Positions 7,363-16,759 of a DNA stretch of 30,911 nucleotides are shown here, one piece after another. This DNA is from Promethearchaeota archaeon (GTDB taxonomy: Archaea > Asgardarchaeota > Lokiarchaeia > Sigyniarchaeales > SOKP01), in the NCBI GenBank assembly GCA_019058015.1, contig JAHLWH010000084.1:1-30911 (forward strand), given 5' to 3'. The notes under the pieces were generated by a model. The model was given only the letters and a program-made list of their open reading frames with translations, was not told the DNA's origin and ran no database searches. Numbering within the stretch: the stretch's first letter is position 1; the number at the start of each line of letters is the position of its first letter. A program made the translations under genes and the position numbers.

Positions 7363-8445
7363 ATGACAGACAAGAAATATTTGTTAGGACTTGACATTGG
7401 AGGGGTAAATACTAAAGCCGCGCTAGTGGAATTTGATAATAAAACATTAAGCAAAATTCTTACTGCTATTAGGTATTACCCATTTTGGGAAAAAACCATA
7501 AAAGAATTACCTAATATGCTAAGAAATTTAAGCACACAACTGTTAGAAAAGAGTAATATTGATATCGATGATATAAATAAAATTGCAGTTACTATTACAG
7601 CCGAGTTGTCTGACGCTTTTCAAACTAAAAGGGAAGGGATTCAAACCATCTTAAAGGCGCTAAAAAGAGTCTTCGAGTCAGATAAAATAATGGTGATCAA
7701 CAATCAAAATATATTCCTTAAAGTTCAAGATGCGTTTGAAAATTATCTAAAAGTTGCTGGAGCAAATTGGGTTGCAACAGCTCTATTTATCGGCTTTTAT
7801 AAGCCGGAATGTATTTTAATTGATGCTGGTTCAACAACTATTGATCTTATCCCGATTAAATATGGAAAACCTCAAACAATTGGTAAAGATGATGTTTCAA
7901 GAATAATGAATCACGAATTAATTTATACTGGTGCTTTAAGAGCAACCATTCCCTCAATAACTCATTTTGTTCCATTTAAGGGAAAAAATTGTAGAATTTC
8001 ATTTGAAAAGTTTGCATTAATTGCAGATGTTCATCGCATTTTAGGGCATATTACCGAAGAGGAATATACTTGTGATACCGCAGATGATCGTTCTAAGTCC
8101 TTTGATAATTGCTATGCTCGACTTTCACGTATTATATGCAGTGATTTAGAGCAAATTACAAAAGATGAGTTGAATTCAATTGCCAACTATATATATCAAG
8201 CTCAGCTTAAAATTATTATGGATGAAATTCAATTGTTTATGAAACAAACATCTTATAGACTGCCAGATTTAACGAAAAATCCATTATTTATTACAACGGG
8301 TTTAGGTGAGACATTTTTAATAAATACTGCGCTAAAAAATTTGGGATATAATAATATGGTAAGCTTTTCAGACATAATCAAGTTTCCAGATAACGTGATA
8401 TCCTCCGCTATTGCTGTTGCGGGGGCATTAAATCTATTTATATAA
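7363..8445 (+). CDS. mfnF: Methanofuran biosynthesis protein MfnF (hydantoinase A / H4MPT-linked C1 transfer family)
   Basis: LGLDIGGVNTK, TITAELSDAFQTKREGI, ANWVATA, IDAGSTTIDLIPI, ELIYTGALR, CDTAD and RLSRIICSD. Adjacent to an MfnE-like gene. Confidence 0.85.
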   Translation: MTDKKYLLGLDIGGVNTKAALVEFDNKTLSKILTAIRYYPFWEKTIKELPNMLRNLSTQLLEKSNIDIDDINKIAVTITAELSDAFQTKREGIQTILKALKRVFESDKIMVINNQNIFLKVQDAFENYLKVAGANWVATALFIGFYKPECILIDAGSTTIDLIPIKYGKPQTIGKDDVSRIMNHELIYTGALRATIPSITHFVPFKGKNCRISFEKFALIADVHRILGHITEEEYTCDTADDRSKSFDNCYARLSRIICSDLEQITKDELNSIANYIYQAQLKIIMDEIQLFMKQTSYRLPDLTKNPLFITTGLGETFLINTALKNLGYNNMVSFSDIIKFPDNVISSAIAVAGALNLFI

Positions 8446-8465
8446 AAAAATGTTGATATTTATAG

Positions 8466-9233
8466 ATGATTGATAATGTTCTTCTATTTAAAATCGGAGG
8501 AAAAATAATCGAGAACAAGACTGATTTAGATAATACTATCTCCCAATTACGTGCCATTAAAGAAATTAAACCGTCGATAAAATCAATAATTTTAATCGCT
8601 GGAGGAGGTTCTGAAGTCGATAAAATCCGAAAAGCTTATGAAAGAGGTGAAATAGATGATGAGATTGCGCATTGGCAAGCAATTAAAATTATGGATCTGA
8701 ATGCTATAAAAATTCAAGATCTCAATAAAGATTTTACTATGGTTGATTCTTTCGCTGAATTAACAAGGCTAGTGTCGTTGTCTGGACAGTTTAAAATAAT
8801 TAATTTTCCAACCTTTAAATATCAAAAAAGAAATGATAAGCTTCCTCATAACTGGGAAGTTACTTCAGATTCGATTTCATATTTTATAGCCAGTAAATTG
8901 AATCTCTTAAAATGTTTTTTAATTAAAGATATGGATGGAATTTATCTCAAAGACGGTAAAAAAATAATAAAGAATTTATCAATAAATAATTTTCATAAAT
9001 TTCAAAAAAACGATCTTTTATTCAATCCTATAAAAATTAATAGAATTACTGGAATGCCTATATTAAAAAAGAGATCTACGCCAATAGATTCTTACTTATT
9101 AAACCTGATAAAAAAAAATAAATTAGATTGTATTATATTAAATGGAAAAAAGCCATCTACAAATATTACAAAATATTTTCAATCTATAAACGAAGATGAG
9201 AAAGTTTTTACAAAATTATATTTTGAAAATTAA
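8466..9233 (+). CDS. mfnE: MfnE-like amino-acid-kinase-family protein ([5-(aminomethyl)furan-3-yl]methyl phosphate kinase)
   Basis: KIGG, IAGGG..D..R, AHWQAI..MD, LPHNWEVTSDSI and KDMDGIY motifs. Co-oriented 20 bp after mfnF. Confidence 0.8.
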   Translation: MIDNVLLFKIGGKIIENKTDLDNTISQLRAIKEIKPSIKSIILIAGGGSEVDKIRKAYERGEIDDEIAHWQAIKIMDLNAIKIQDLNKDFTMVDSFAELTRLVSLSGQFKIINFPTFKYQKRNDKLPHNWEVTSDSISYFIASKLNLLKCFLIKDMDGIYLKDGKKIIKNLSINNFHKFQKNDLLFNPIKINRITGMPILKKRSTPIDSYLLNLIKKNKLDCIILNGKKPSTNITKYFQSINEDEKVFTKLYFEN

Positions 9234-9646
9234 ATATTTTTAGCATTACTAAATATCTTTTTAAAGCATATGCAGCAAGGTATTCCTATAACTATTTTAT
9301 TTTTATAATTTTTTGAATTATCCATTAATTTCAACAAATTTTCTCTTAAATTTTTCGCAAATTCAGTTTCTTCAAAATAAAATCTCATTAAATCATCTTT
9401 ATGATTTTCTCCTTTACATATCGGACAAATAGAATAAAATTTTAAGAAATTATCACAAATTTTCTTTTCTTCATCAGATAAGGCTTCATAGTCCTGATTA
9501 ACAGCATATGTATCTTCAAATAATATTTCTTGTATTCTTTCAATATCTGCTAACATTTGCTCTCTAATCCAAGTTATGGTATCAATCTCTCCCTCATGAT
9601 TTTCCTCTGATTCAAATGGATTCGAAGAAAAATAAGACATATCCAT
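9230..9646 (-). CDS. Small putative zinc-binding protein
   Basis: 138 aa with CPIC...H and PCCxC, and an acidic N-terminus. Confidence 0.7.
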   Translation of the reverse strand: MDMSYFSSNPFESEENHEGEIDTITWIREQMLADIERIQEILFEDTYAVNQDYEALSDEEKKICDNFLKFYSICPICKGENHKDDLMRFYFEETEFAKNLRENLLKLMDNSKNYKNKIVIGIPCCICFKKIFSNAKNI

Positions 9647-10154
9647 AAATATCTATATTTTTTGAAATTATAAACTTATGAAAAACAGGTTATTAATATG
9701 AACCATTAAAATTAAGTAGTTTTTTATTCATATATAAGAAAATGGTCATAAAACATATAAAAGAAACCGAATTTCAAACAAGTTCTGAAATGACGGTCTA
9801 ATGGGCTTATTTTAATATCATCTACTACATATGTATAGATTTATACGTTTTTCAATTTCGAATTATACAGAGAGATAAATCGATTTATACAAAGATATAA
9901 ACTTGTGAAAAATGATAAAAGCAAGGTTTAGAAAAGTGCTTGGCTTCGCTTGATTCCAAATGGACAAGTTTAATAGAGAATCTTATACTAAAAAAAGAAA
10001 TTAGTAAAGGAAGTATAGCTGGTTCATCCTAATAATATTGAGTTTATATAAACTTTAAACGAATAGTTAAATAGTTCAAAGAAGATAAAATTTTTAAGAT
10101 CAAAAATATATCTGTCCAAAAAAAAATAAATAAAAATATTAAGTGATTAGTATA

Positions 10155-11492
10155 ATGAGTGAAGAAAACGAACAAAAGCAGAGTAAAATCCAAGTGAGAA
10201 GAATTGGAAAACGTAATATTTTGTCCATTCTCTTCTTAGGAACCGCAGGACAAATTGCCTGGGTTGTTGAAAATAGCTGGTTCAATACATTTGTGTACGA
10301 TCGGATTACGACCGATCCAACACCGATTGCGTGGATGGTAGCAGTAAGTGCAATAACTGCTACTCTTACCACAATTTTAATGGGCGTTCTTAGCGATCGA
10401 ACTTCTGGGAAATGGGGTAAAAGAAAACCTTACATTGTCTTTGGATACATTCTTTGGGGCGTAATAACAGCAATCTATCCAATGATAGAATGGATTCAAA
10501 CGATTGGGATTGCTGTTATAATGGTAATCATTACCGATGCAATCATGACCTTTTTTGGCTCAACGGCAAACGATGCTGCATATAATGCTTGGATAACGGA
10601 CATAGGACATTCGAGTAATCGTAATCGAATACAAAGTATTAATAATATAACGGTATATATTGCAGCTATGATTGCATTTGGTGCTGCAGGAGTAATTATA
10701 GATATCTTTGGGTATTTCGTGTTTTTCTACATTCTAGGGGGGATAGTAACTTCCACTGGTTTGATTGCTGCATTTTTAATTGAATCTACTCCAATAAAAA
10801 AAGATGAAATTAAATTTGAAAAATCATTACTCAAAGAATTTGCTGATCTCATGAATCCTAAAATTCTGAAAGAAAATCGCATTCTTTTCTTACTGTTTCT
10901 GTGCATGGCTTTAGCGGGTATAGGAAGCCAAGTTTACATGCCTTACCTCTTCATATTCATGGAAAATTACGTTGGGTTCTCAAAAACGGAACTAGGTCTT
11001 TTTATGGCGCTTTTCTTGCTTCTCACGATAGTCGTATTGGTTATTGTGGGTATTTTTAGTCATCGATTTAACCGCAAGACTTTGGTCGTAATTGGCTCGA
11101 TCTTGGGGGCAATAGGAACGATTATATTAGGGTTTACATCATTTCTAGTTAAAGGAAATAGTTCTCTAGCAGTAGTGATATTCCTCCTTTATTTTGTGGC
11201 AACGATACCAGCGCTAATATCTCAAGTTGCGCATGGAGGGTGGCTTCTTGATAAATATCCTGAAGGAGATATCGGAAAATTTCAAGGCATTCGCATGATT
11301 TTCATGGTTCTATTACCCATGGTTATAGGAGCTCCGATTGGATCGGCTATCATAAGCACATTTGGAATCCCTATAGCTGATGGATACATTCCAACACCTG
11401 AGATATTCATTTTTGGAGGGCTAATTTTGATATTGTCGGTGATTCCAATATTATTTATTAGTAAATCCGAAGGAAAAATAAAACTTGATTAA
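10155..11492 (+). CDS. MFS transporter, sugar/glycoside (GPH-like)
   Basis: About 12 TM segments, motif GVLSDRTSGKWGKRKPYI. Directly upstream of a GH2 gene. ATG 10155 is preferred over GTG 10143. Confidence 0.9.
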   Translation: MSEENEQKQSKIQVRRIGKRNILSILFLGTAGQIAWVVENSWFNTFVYDRITTDPTPIAWMVAVSAITATLTTILMGVLSDRTSGKWGKRKPYIVFGYILWGVITAIYPMIEWIQTIGIAVIMVIITDAIMTFFGSTANDAAYNAWITDIGHSSNRNRIQSINNITVYIAAMIAFGAAGVIIDIFGYFVFFYILGGIVTSTGLIAAFLIESTPIKKDEIKFEKSLLKEFADLMNPKILKENRILFLLFLCMALAGIGSQVYMPYLFIFMENYVGFSKTELGLFMALFLLLTIVVLVIVGIFSHRFNRKTLVVIGSILGAIGTIILGFTSFLVKGNSSLAVVIFLLYFVATIPALISQVAHGGWLLDKYPEGDIGKFQGIRMIFMVLLPMVIGAPIGSAIISTFGIPIADGYIPTPEIFIFGGLILILSVIPILFISKSEGKIKLD

Positions 11493-11526
11493 TTTTAGTG
11501 ATTTATCAACATTTTAAAATATTTAA

Positions 11527-13455
11527 ATGGGAAAAATCTTGAATTCATTAGAAAAAAAAGAGATTCCAAGACCAGAATATCCCAGACCGCAATTTGTTAG
11601 GAAAGATAATTGGATAAATCTTAACGGAGAATGGAATTTTGCCTTTGATGATTCAGACACGGGCTTGAAAGAAAGATGGAACAAAAAGGAACAAAAAGGT
11701 AAATTTGACAAGAAAATTGTCGTTCCGTTTTGCTTTCAAAGCAAGTTGAGTGGAATAGAAGATACATCTTTTCACGATATTGTTTGGTACCGAAAAGAAT
11801 TCGCAGTACCCGAAGAATTTATGAATGGAAGAGTTTTATTGAACTTTGGAGCAGTAGATTATTCCTGTGCCGTTTATTTAAATGGGGAATCAATAGGAAC
11901 GCACGAAGGTGGATATATCGGATTTACTTTAGATGTGTCCGATTTTATAGAAAAAAACAACGTCCTCGTTGTAAGAGTAAAAGATCCGAGTACAGATTTA
12001 GAGATACCTAGGGGAAAACAATTTTGGTACGAAAAATTACAACGCATTTTCTATCCTCGCGTCACTGGGCTCTGGCAGACAGTCTGGTTAGAAGCCGTTT
12101 CCAGAGATTATCGCATTGAAGGGTTGAAATTAACCCCAGATGTGGATAAATCTAATATTATCATTGAGTGTGAAGTTGATGGAGTTGGAGTAGGTTTCCC
12201 TGAGCTATCCTTATTAGCAGAAATATTTTTTGAGAACGATAAAATCAACGAAATTGATATCAATCTAAATTCTCTTGGAAATGTAAAAATAAAAAGGGAT
12301 AAAAAGTTAATCAAGGCGAAAGGTCGTACCGGAAAGTTGGTAAATCCTAATCGATTTAAATTTAAAATCTCAATTCCTAAAGACGCATTACATTTATGGG
12401 ATGTAGAAAACCCCAACTTGTATGATATTATAATAAAGATATGTAATAAATCGTCAAAAGAAATTCATGACGAAGTAAAGTCCTATTTTGGCATGAGAAA
12501 AATTTCTTTATCGGAAAGCCCAGAAGATATATCAAAACTGAACGATGAGCAAAGCGATATAACGAGTTTTAATCGACAAGTTCTATTGAATGATTCACCA
12601 ATCTATCAAAAATTATTTTTGGTTCAAGGATATTGGCCAGACGGTTTATATACAGCGCCTTCAGACGATGCAATAAAGTTAGACATACAATATATAAAGG
12701 GTTTTGGGTTTAATGGATTAAGAACTCATCAAAAAGCGTTTGATCCCAGGTTTTTATATTGGTGCGATAAAATGGGCGTGCTGGTTTGGGGCGAAATAGG
12801 AAACGCTTATCAATTCTCTACACGATCTCAACTAAGATTAATCAACGAATTTGCAGCTGAAATAGAACGAGATTATAACCACCCTTCGATCATTGCCTGG
12901 ACGGTTTTAAACGAATCTTGGGGCGTCCCCGGAGCAGATAGAGATGAAAGAAAGAGAGATTATACACTTTCTTTATATTACTTGATGAAATCTATTGATC
13001 CAACGCGCCTTATTGTTGATGATGATGGCTGGTTTCATTGTGTAAGCGACATGTGCACAATACATTATTATTCGGCGGGTGAATTCATTCCTAAATCGTT
13101 TGAAGACGGGATACGGAGTTTTAAAAAAGCAAGACCTAAAATTTATCTCAAACCTCATGAATATAACGGTGAGCCAATAATATATAGCGAAATAGGTGGT
13201 TTTGGCTACGATTTACACGGAGAGATAAAAGAAAAGTGGGGTTATGGAAATACATTACAAGATTCAGAAGAATTATATACAAAAGTCTTAGAATTATTGA
13301 AGGAATTCGATAAAAGAAAAGAATGGATTCACGGCTTCTGCTATACAGAACTCTACGACCAGTTTCAAGAAATCAATGGCTTATTGACATTTGATAGAGA
13401 ACCTAAATTTGAACCGTTGAAATTGAAAAAAGAGTTGGACAAGATGTTCTATTAA
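11527..13455 (+). CDS. Glycoside hydrolase family 2 (beta-galactosidase/glucuronidase-like)
   Basis: PRPEYPRPQF, LNGEWNF, LNFGAVDY, HEGGY, LWDVENPNLY, GFNGLRTHQK, RDYNHPSIIAW..NESWG (acid/base Glu) and YSEIGG (nucleophile Glu). Confidence 0.92.
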   Translation: MGKILNSLEKKEIPRPEYPRPQFVRKDNWINLNGEWNFAFDDSDTGLKERWNKKEQKGKFDKKIVVPFCFQSKLSGIEDTSFHDIVWYRKEFAVPEEFMNGRVLLNFGAVDYSCAVYLNGESIGTHEGGYIGFTLDVSDFIEKNNVLVVRVKDPSTDLEIPRGKQFWYEKLQRIFYPRVTGLWQTVWLEAVSRDYRIEGLKLTPDVDKSNIIIECEVDGVGVGFPELSLLAEIFFENDKINEIDINLNSLGNVKIKRDKKLIKAKGRTGKLVNPNRFKFKISIPKDALHLWDVENPNLYDIIIKICNKSSKEIHDEVKSYFGMRKISLSESPEDISKLNDEQSDITSFNRQVLLNDSPIYQKLFLVQGYWPDGLYTAPSDDAIKLDIQYIKGFGFNGLRTHQKAFDPRFLYWCDKMGVLVWGEIGNAYQFSTRSQLRLINEFAAEIERDYNHPSIIAWTVLNESWGVPGADRDERKRDYTLSLYYLMKSIDPTRLIVDDDGWFHCVSDMCTIHYYSAGEFIPKSFEDGIRSFKKARPKIYLKPHEYNGEPIIYSEIGGFGYDLHGEIKEKWGYGNTLQDSEELYTKVLELLKEFDKRKEWIHGFCYTELYDQFQEINGLLTFDREPKFEPLKLKKELDKMFY

Positions 13456-13540
13456 ATATTAATGGGCTAAATCTGAATCGTTCGTATCATGAACGCCCGC
13501 CACCCATGATTTACGGAAAGATATTGCTCTGGTATTCTGC

Positions 13541-13551
13541 TTTTTTTTTTT
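13541..13551 (+). terminator. Oligo-T terminator candidate after the MFS-GH2 pair
   Basis: T11 run about 85 bp after the GH2 stop, preceded by short inverted repeats (ATCATG...CATGAT). Confidence 0.4.
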
Positions 13552-13717
13552 GAGAATGGTTCTTTTCTCTTGTATTATTGGAATCCATTTCTTTAACCTA
13601 TCATAACTATCTATTGTATCATAATTATCATTTATTAAAAAATTCCTATTTTTTCAATTATTAGATTTATTTCAGAAAGCAAATGAAGCCTATGTAGAGG
13701 TAAGAACTAAAATATTT

Positions 13718-14803
13718 TCATTCAACATTTTTTTTTCTTTTTTTTAATTCTTGCTTTATTTTATCAATCTTTCGGTCTTTTATCCAATAACGAATTTTTG
13801 ATTTAGATAATAATGATTGAACTCTATTATTTAATTTTCGGAATATTTTCTTGTCAGCTTCAGATAATTGCGGGATCTTCTCTAAAGAATAATCTTCTTC
13901 AGAAAGTATAGTTAGTTCTTCTTCTGGTAAAGGAATCTGCATCTGTTCTTTTTTAACTAATAGTTTTTCTCTTAAAATTCTTTTAATATTTCTTCTCCAG
14001 CCCTGTATCCATGAAAAATTTTCTTTAACTTTTGGGTCCTCGATTTCAATATCAAAACGTTTAACTATTATTAGTGAATCTGGGCACGCATTTTCACAAG
14101 CCGAGCAGTAAATACAGTCATCTTCTTTCACTGCAATTTTTCCGTATTTCATAACATCTTCCGCATTTTCAGGGATAAAAAAACATTCTGTTGGGCAAAT
14201 ATTTATGCACGCTTTGCAATTCTCAGGTGAGCATTTGTAAAGCATATTCTTTTTTATAATAATTTCTCCTCTTATTGGAGAATTTATATAGAAACATTGT
14301 TTAGGACAATCTTTTTGAATTTTATAAAAAACTTCATAATGGTGTTGATCTCGTACTTTTAAGCATAATTGGCAAGTTTCATTTTTAGAATCTTCAATAC
14401 ATTTTGTATTGTCAATTTCATAAAACTTATTGATGGACGGAAATTTATTAAGGTCAATTAATTCTTCAGGTTTAATATCTACAAGAAATGCGTCATTAGG
14501 GCATACGATTACACAAAGCATGCAATAACAACATTTTTCATGGGCAATTAAAAGTTTCGGATTAGAATCGTCTAGTATATTTTGAGCAATTTCTGGTATA
14601 GGACCAAACTCAATTGCATCAACTGGACAGACCAATTTGCATAAGCTACACCCAAAACATTTTTTTAGGTCATAAATAAGCGTCTTATTAACATTCTTAT
14701 ATTTCCAATTTAGTAAGAATTGTTCTGCATCAATATCAATATTTTTTTCTATAACATCTATTCCATTTTCCCTGATATTATCATTTGCTGAAGTATTTGA
14801 AAT
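13718..14803 (-). CDS. fwdF: FwdF-like polyferredoxin (formylmethanofuran dehydrogenase subunit F-like)
   Basis: Several CxxCxxCxxxCP motifs. The frame stays open upstream of the called TTG (14635) to 14833 and completes the first cluster motif (KKCFGCSLCKLVCP). The start is uncertain: ATT 14803, ATA 14827, or an indel. Confidence 0.75.
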   Translation of the reverse strand: MSNTSANDNIRENGIDVIEKNIDIDAEQFLLNWKYKNVNKTLIYDLKKCFGCSLCKLVCPVDAIEFGPIPEIAQNILDDSNPKLLIAHEKCCYCMLCVIVCPNDAFLVDIKPEELIDLNKFPSINKFYEIDNTKCIEDSKNETCQLCLKVRDQHHYEVFYKIQKDCPKQCFYINSPIRGEIIIKKNMLYKCSPENCKACINICPTECFFIPENAEDVMKYGKIAVKEDDCIYCSACENACPDSLIIVKRFDIEIEDPKVKENFSWIQGWRRNIKRILREKLLVKKEQMQIPLPEEELTILSEEDYSLEKIPQLSEADKKIFRKLNNRVQSLLSKSKIRYWIKDRKIDKIKQELKKRKKNVE

Positions 14804-15157
14804 TTTTAATCGACCAATTAAATTTATAACTTCCTATGTTGTCTAATATTTTAAATCTATTTAATTTTAATATTTTAAAATAAAAAGTGAAGATCCTATT
14901 AAAGAATATGATGCCTTATTTTAATTTTAAAATATCTTTATATAGATCTGTTCTCTTAGCCATTTTGGGAATTTTTCTACTTAATAAAGAAATTTTTCTC
15001 TTCTGATTGGTCCCATTAATATTTCTGAAAAATTAACAAAATTAAGTTTGAAATTATTTTGAGATAATTTATTTTTAAATTCAACGGGAAATATTTAGAC
15101 CCAAATAATTTTTTTTAAATACTAATATTTTACAATTAAGGTATAAGAATATTATTC

Positions 15158-15869
15158 TTGATGAATTTTATGGAAGAAAATAAACTTGAAAAAATAAAGC
15201 AACTCATAGCTAAAGGGAAATTAAATGAAGCATTAGAATTGATAAATTCTAATGATATAAAATTTTTAATTAACTTAGGAATTAGTTTTACAAATAATGA
15301 AAAACATTCACAAGCTGCAGAGATTTTTAAAAAAATTATTGAAATAAGTCCAAGGAATCCAAAGGCTTGGTATTTTTGGGGGATTTCTCTTGTAAATCTA
15401 GACAAAAATGAAGAGGCTTTAATCAAAAAGCAAGAATAGTTTTAAAATATTCGAAAATATTAATATTAATTCTCTTGCAGATTATATATTCTATATCGAA
15501 AACTTGGATTCAAAACAATTAATTAATAATATTTATGAAATTGAGAAAATAATAAAGAATTTCCATATAAAAGTTAAAAATGATTCAAATTTAGAAGATT
15601 TGAGATTATTGTTAATATCCTCTAAAATAATGATCGAACTTTTAGATTCATTAAATGAGTTTGAGAAGTCGCTAATAAATTGGAAGGATGTTTTGAAAAA
15701 TTTAATTTTTGAAAAAATATCAATAAATTCTGTTTTAAAAAATACTATTCGAGAAATTAAAAGGAAGAATTCATTTGAAATTCAAAAAACAATAAAGATT
15801 TTACTTAAAAAAAGGAAGAACTTTAAAGATTTTAGATTTACTCAAAAAAAGATTAGCGAATTTTTCTAA
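15158..15869 (+). pseudogene. TPR-domain gene that appears split into 15158..15439 and 15423..15869
   Basis: The first ORF has clear TPRs (AAEIFKKIIEISPRNPKAWYFWGISLVNLDKNEEAL) and stops mid-repeat. The second frame is open from 15423, overlapping the first, and has only a weak TTG start at 15504. Confidence 0.5.
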
Positions 15870-15935
15870 AAATTTTACTTCTATAAATTTTTAATTAGCT
15901 TCACTAAAATAAGCTTCTTAAAATTTAATTTTTAA

Positions 15936-16730
15936 TTAAAAATCAAAAAACCAATCATTTTCATCTTCTTTCCATAGAAAATCCATCAATTTAGACATAT
16001 CTTTTAATAAAATCTTAATTGAGATTTCACTTTTTGCTTGTTCTATCTCATCTCTCTTGAGATAAAACATCTCATCAATTAGATTTTCGATATTAAATCT
16101 CCCAAAGAACTTTTCAGGACTGAAAAAGAAGGTTGATAAGATCTCCTTACCTTGATTTCTATATACTTTAGATAAACCTGATTCTTCATTATATAACATA
16201 TCTAAATTTTCCTTAATTTTTCCCAATAAACATTCTTTTCTTAAAATAATATTATTTCGTTTATAATCTAAATTTTTAAGTTCATTATCTAATTCTTTAA
16301 TCTTCTTACCTAAATAATGAATTTTTTCGGATTCATCCTTAAACTCATCTAAATCAGAATAAATTTCAGAAATTTGCTCATCGATTATATCTGATTTTTC
16401 TTCTTTTTGATCTAAATTGTGTTTAATATTGAAATAGTTGGGGGATAAATCAATTTTTATTGAAATATTATCTTTTATCTTATACGCTTTCCCCTTTTTA
16501 CCAGAAATATCAAATTCCTCTACGATATAAAATTTTTTAAGTAATTCCATTTGACTGTGAACTGCTTGTCTTGAAATTTTTAAAGTATCAGATAATTCTT
16601 TAATAGTTAATGGAACCTTCGCGGTCTTACTTAAAATTGCTCTTCTTGTAGGATTTCCTATAATCTCTAAAAAAGTATCAAGATTTCTTTCCTTCCTATT
16701 TTTTATTTCTTTTATAACGATTTTATCCAC
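15936..16730 (-). CDS. ArsR-type winged-helix regulator with coiled coil, Phr/HSR1-like heat-shock repressor
   Basis: LEIIGNPTRRAIL...LTIKELSDTLKISRQAVHSQMELL helix-turn-helix, then I.IDLSPNYF and a coiled coil. Last gene of the hsp20-cdc48 cluster. Confidence 0.8.
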   Translation of the reverse strand: MDKIVIKEIKNRKERNLDTFLEIIGNPTRRAILSKTAKVPLTIKELSDTLKISRQAVHSQMELLKKFYIVEEFDISGKKGKAYKIKDNISIKIDLSPNYFNIKHNLDQKEEKSDIIDEQISEIYSDLDEFKDESEKIHYLGKKIKELDNELKNLDYKRNNIILRKECLLGKIKENLDMLYNEESGLSKVYRNQGKEILSTFFFSPEKFFGRFNIENLIDEMFYLKRDEIEQAKSEISIKILLKDMSKLMDFLWKEDENDWFFDF

Positions 16731-16759
16731 CTTTTTTTATTACTGATTTTTCTTAAATT

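Noticed and set aside
9830-10035. Short open frames in the long intergenic region before the MFS gene
   Set aside because: Possibly a decayed gene, but no recognisable motif in the frames I read.
10139-13158. Short ORFs 10139..10372, 11523..11711, 11730..12011, 12108..12416 and 12973..13158
   Set aside because: All overlap the well-supported MFS or GH2 genes on the other strand or frame.
13459-13715. Minus-strand start-less frame (..YDTIDSYDRLKKWIPIIQEK..) faintly like a small-GTPase or ABC fragment; hairpins at 13479-13510 as a SECIS or sRNA
   Set aside because: Too short, with no nucleotide-binding motifs. No in-frame TGA selenoprotein candidate is nearby and no SECIS consensus is visible.
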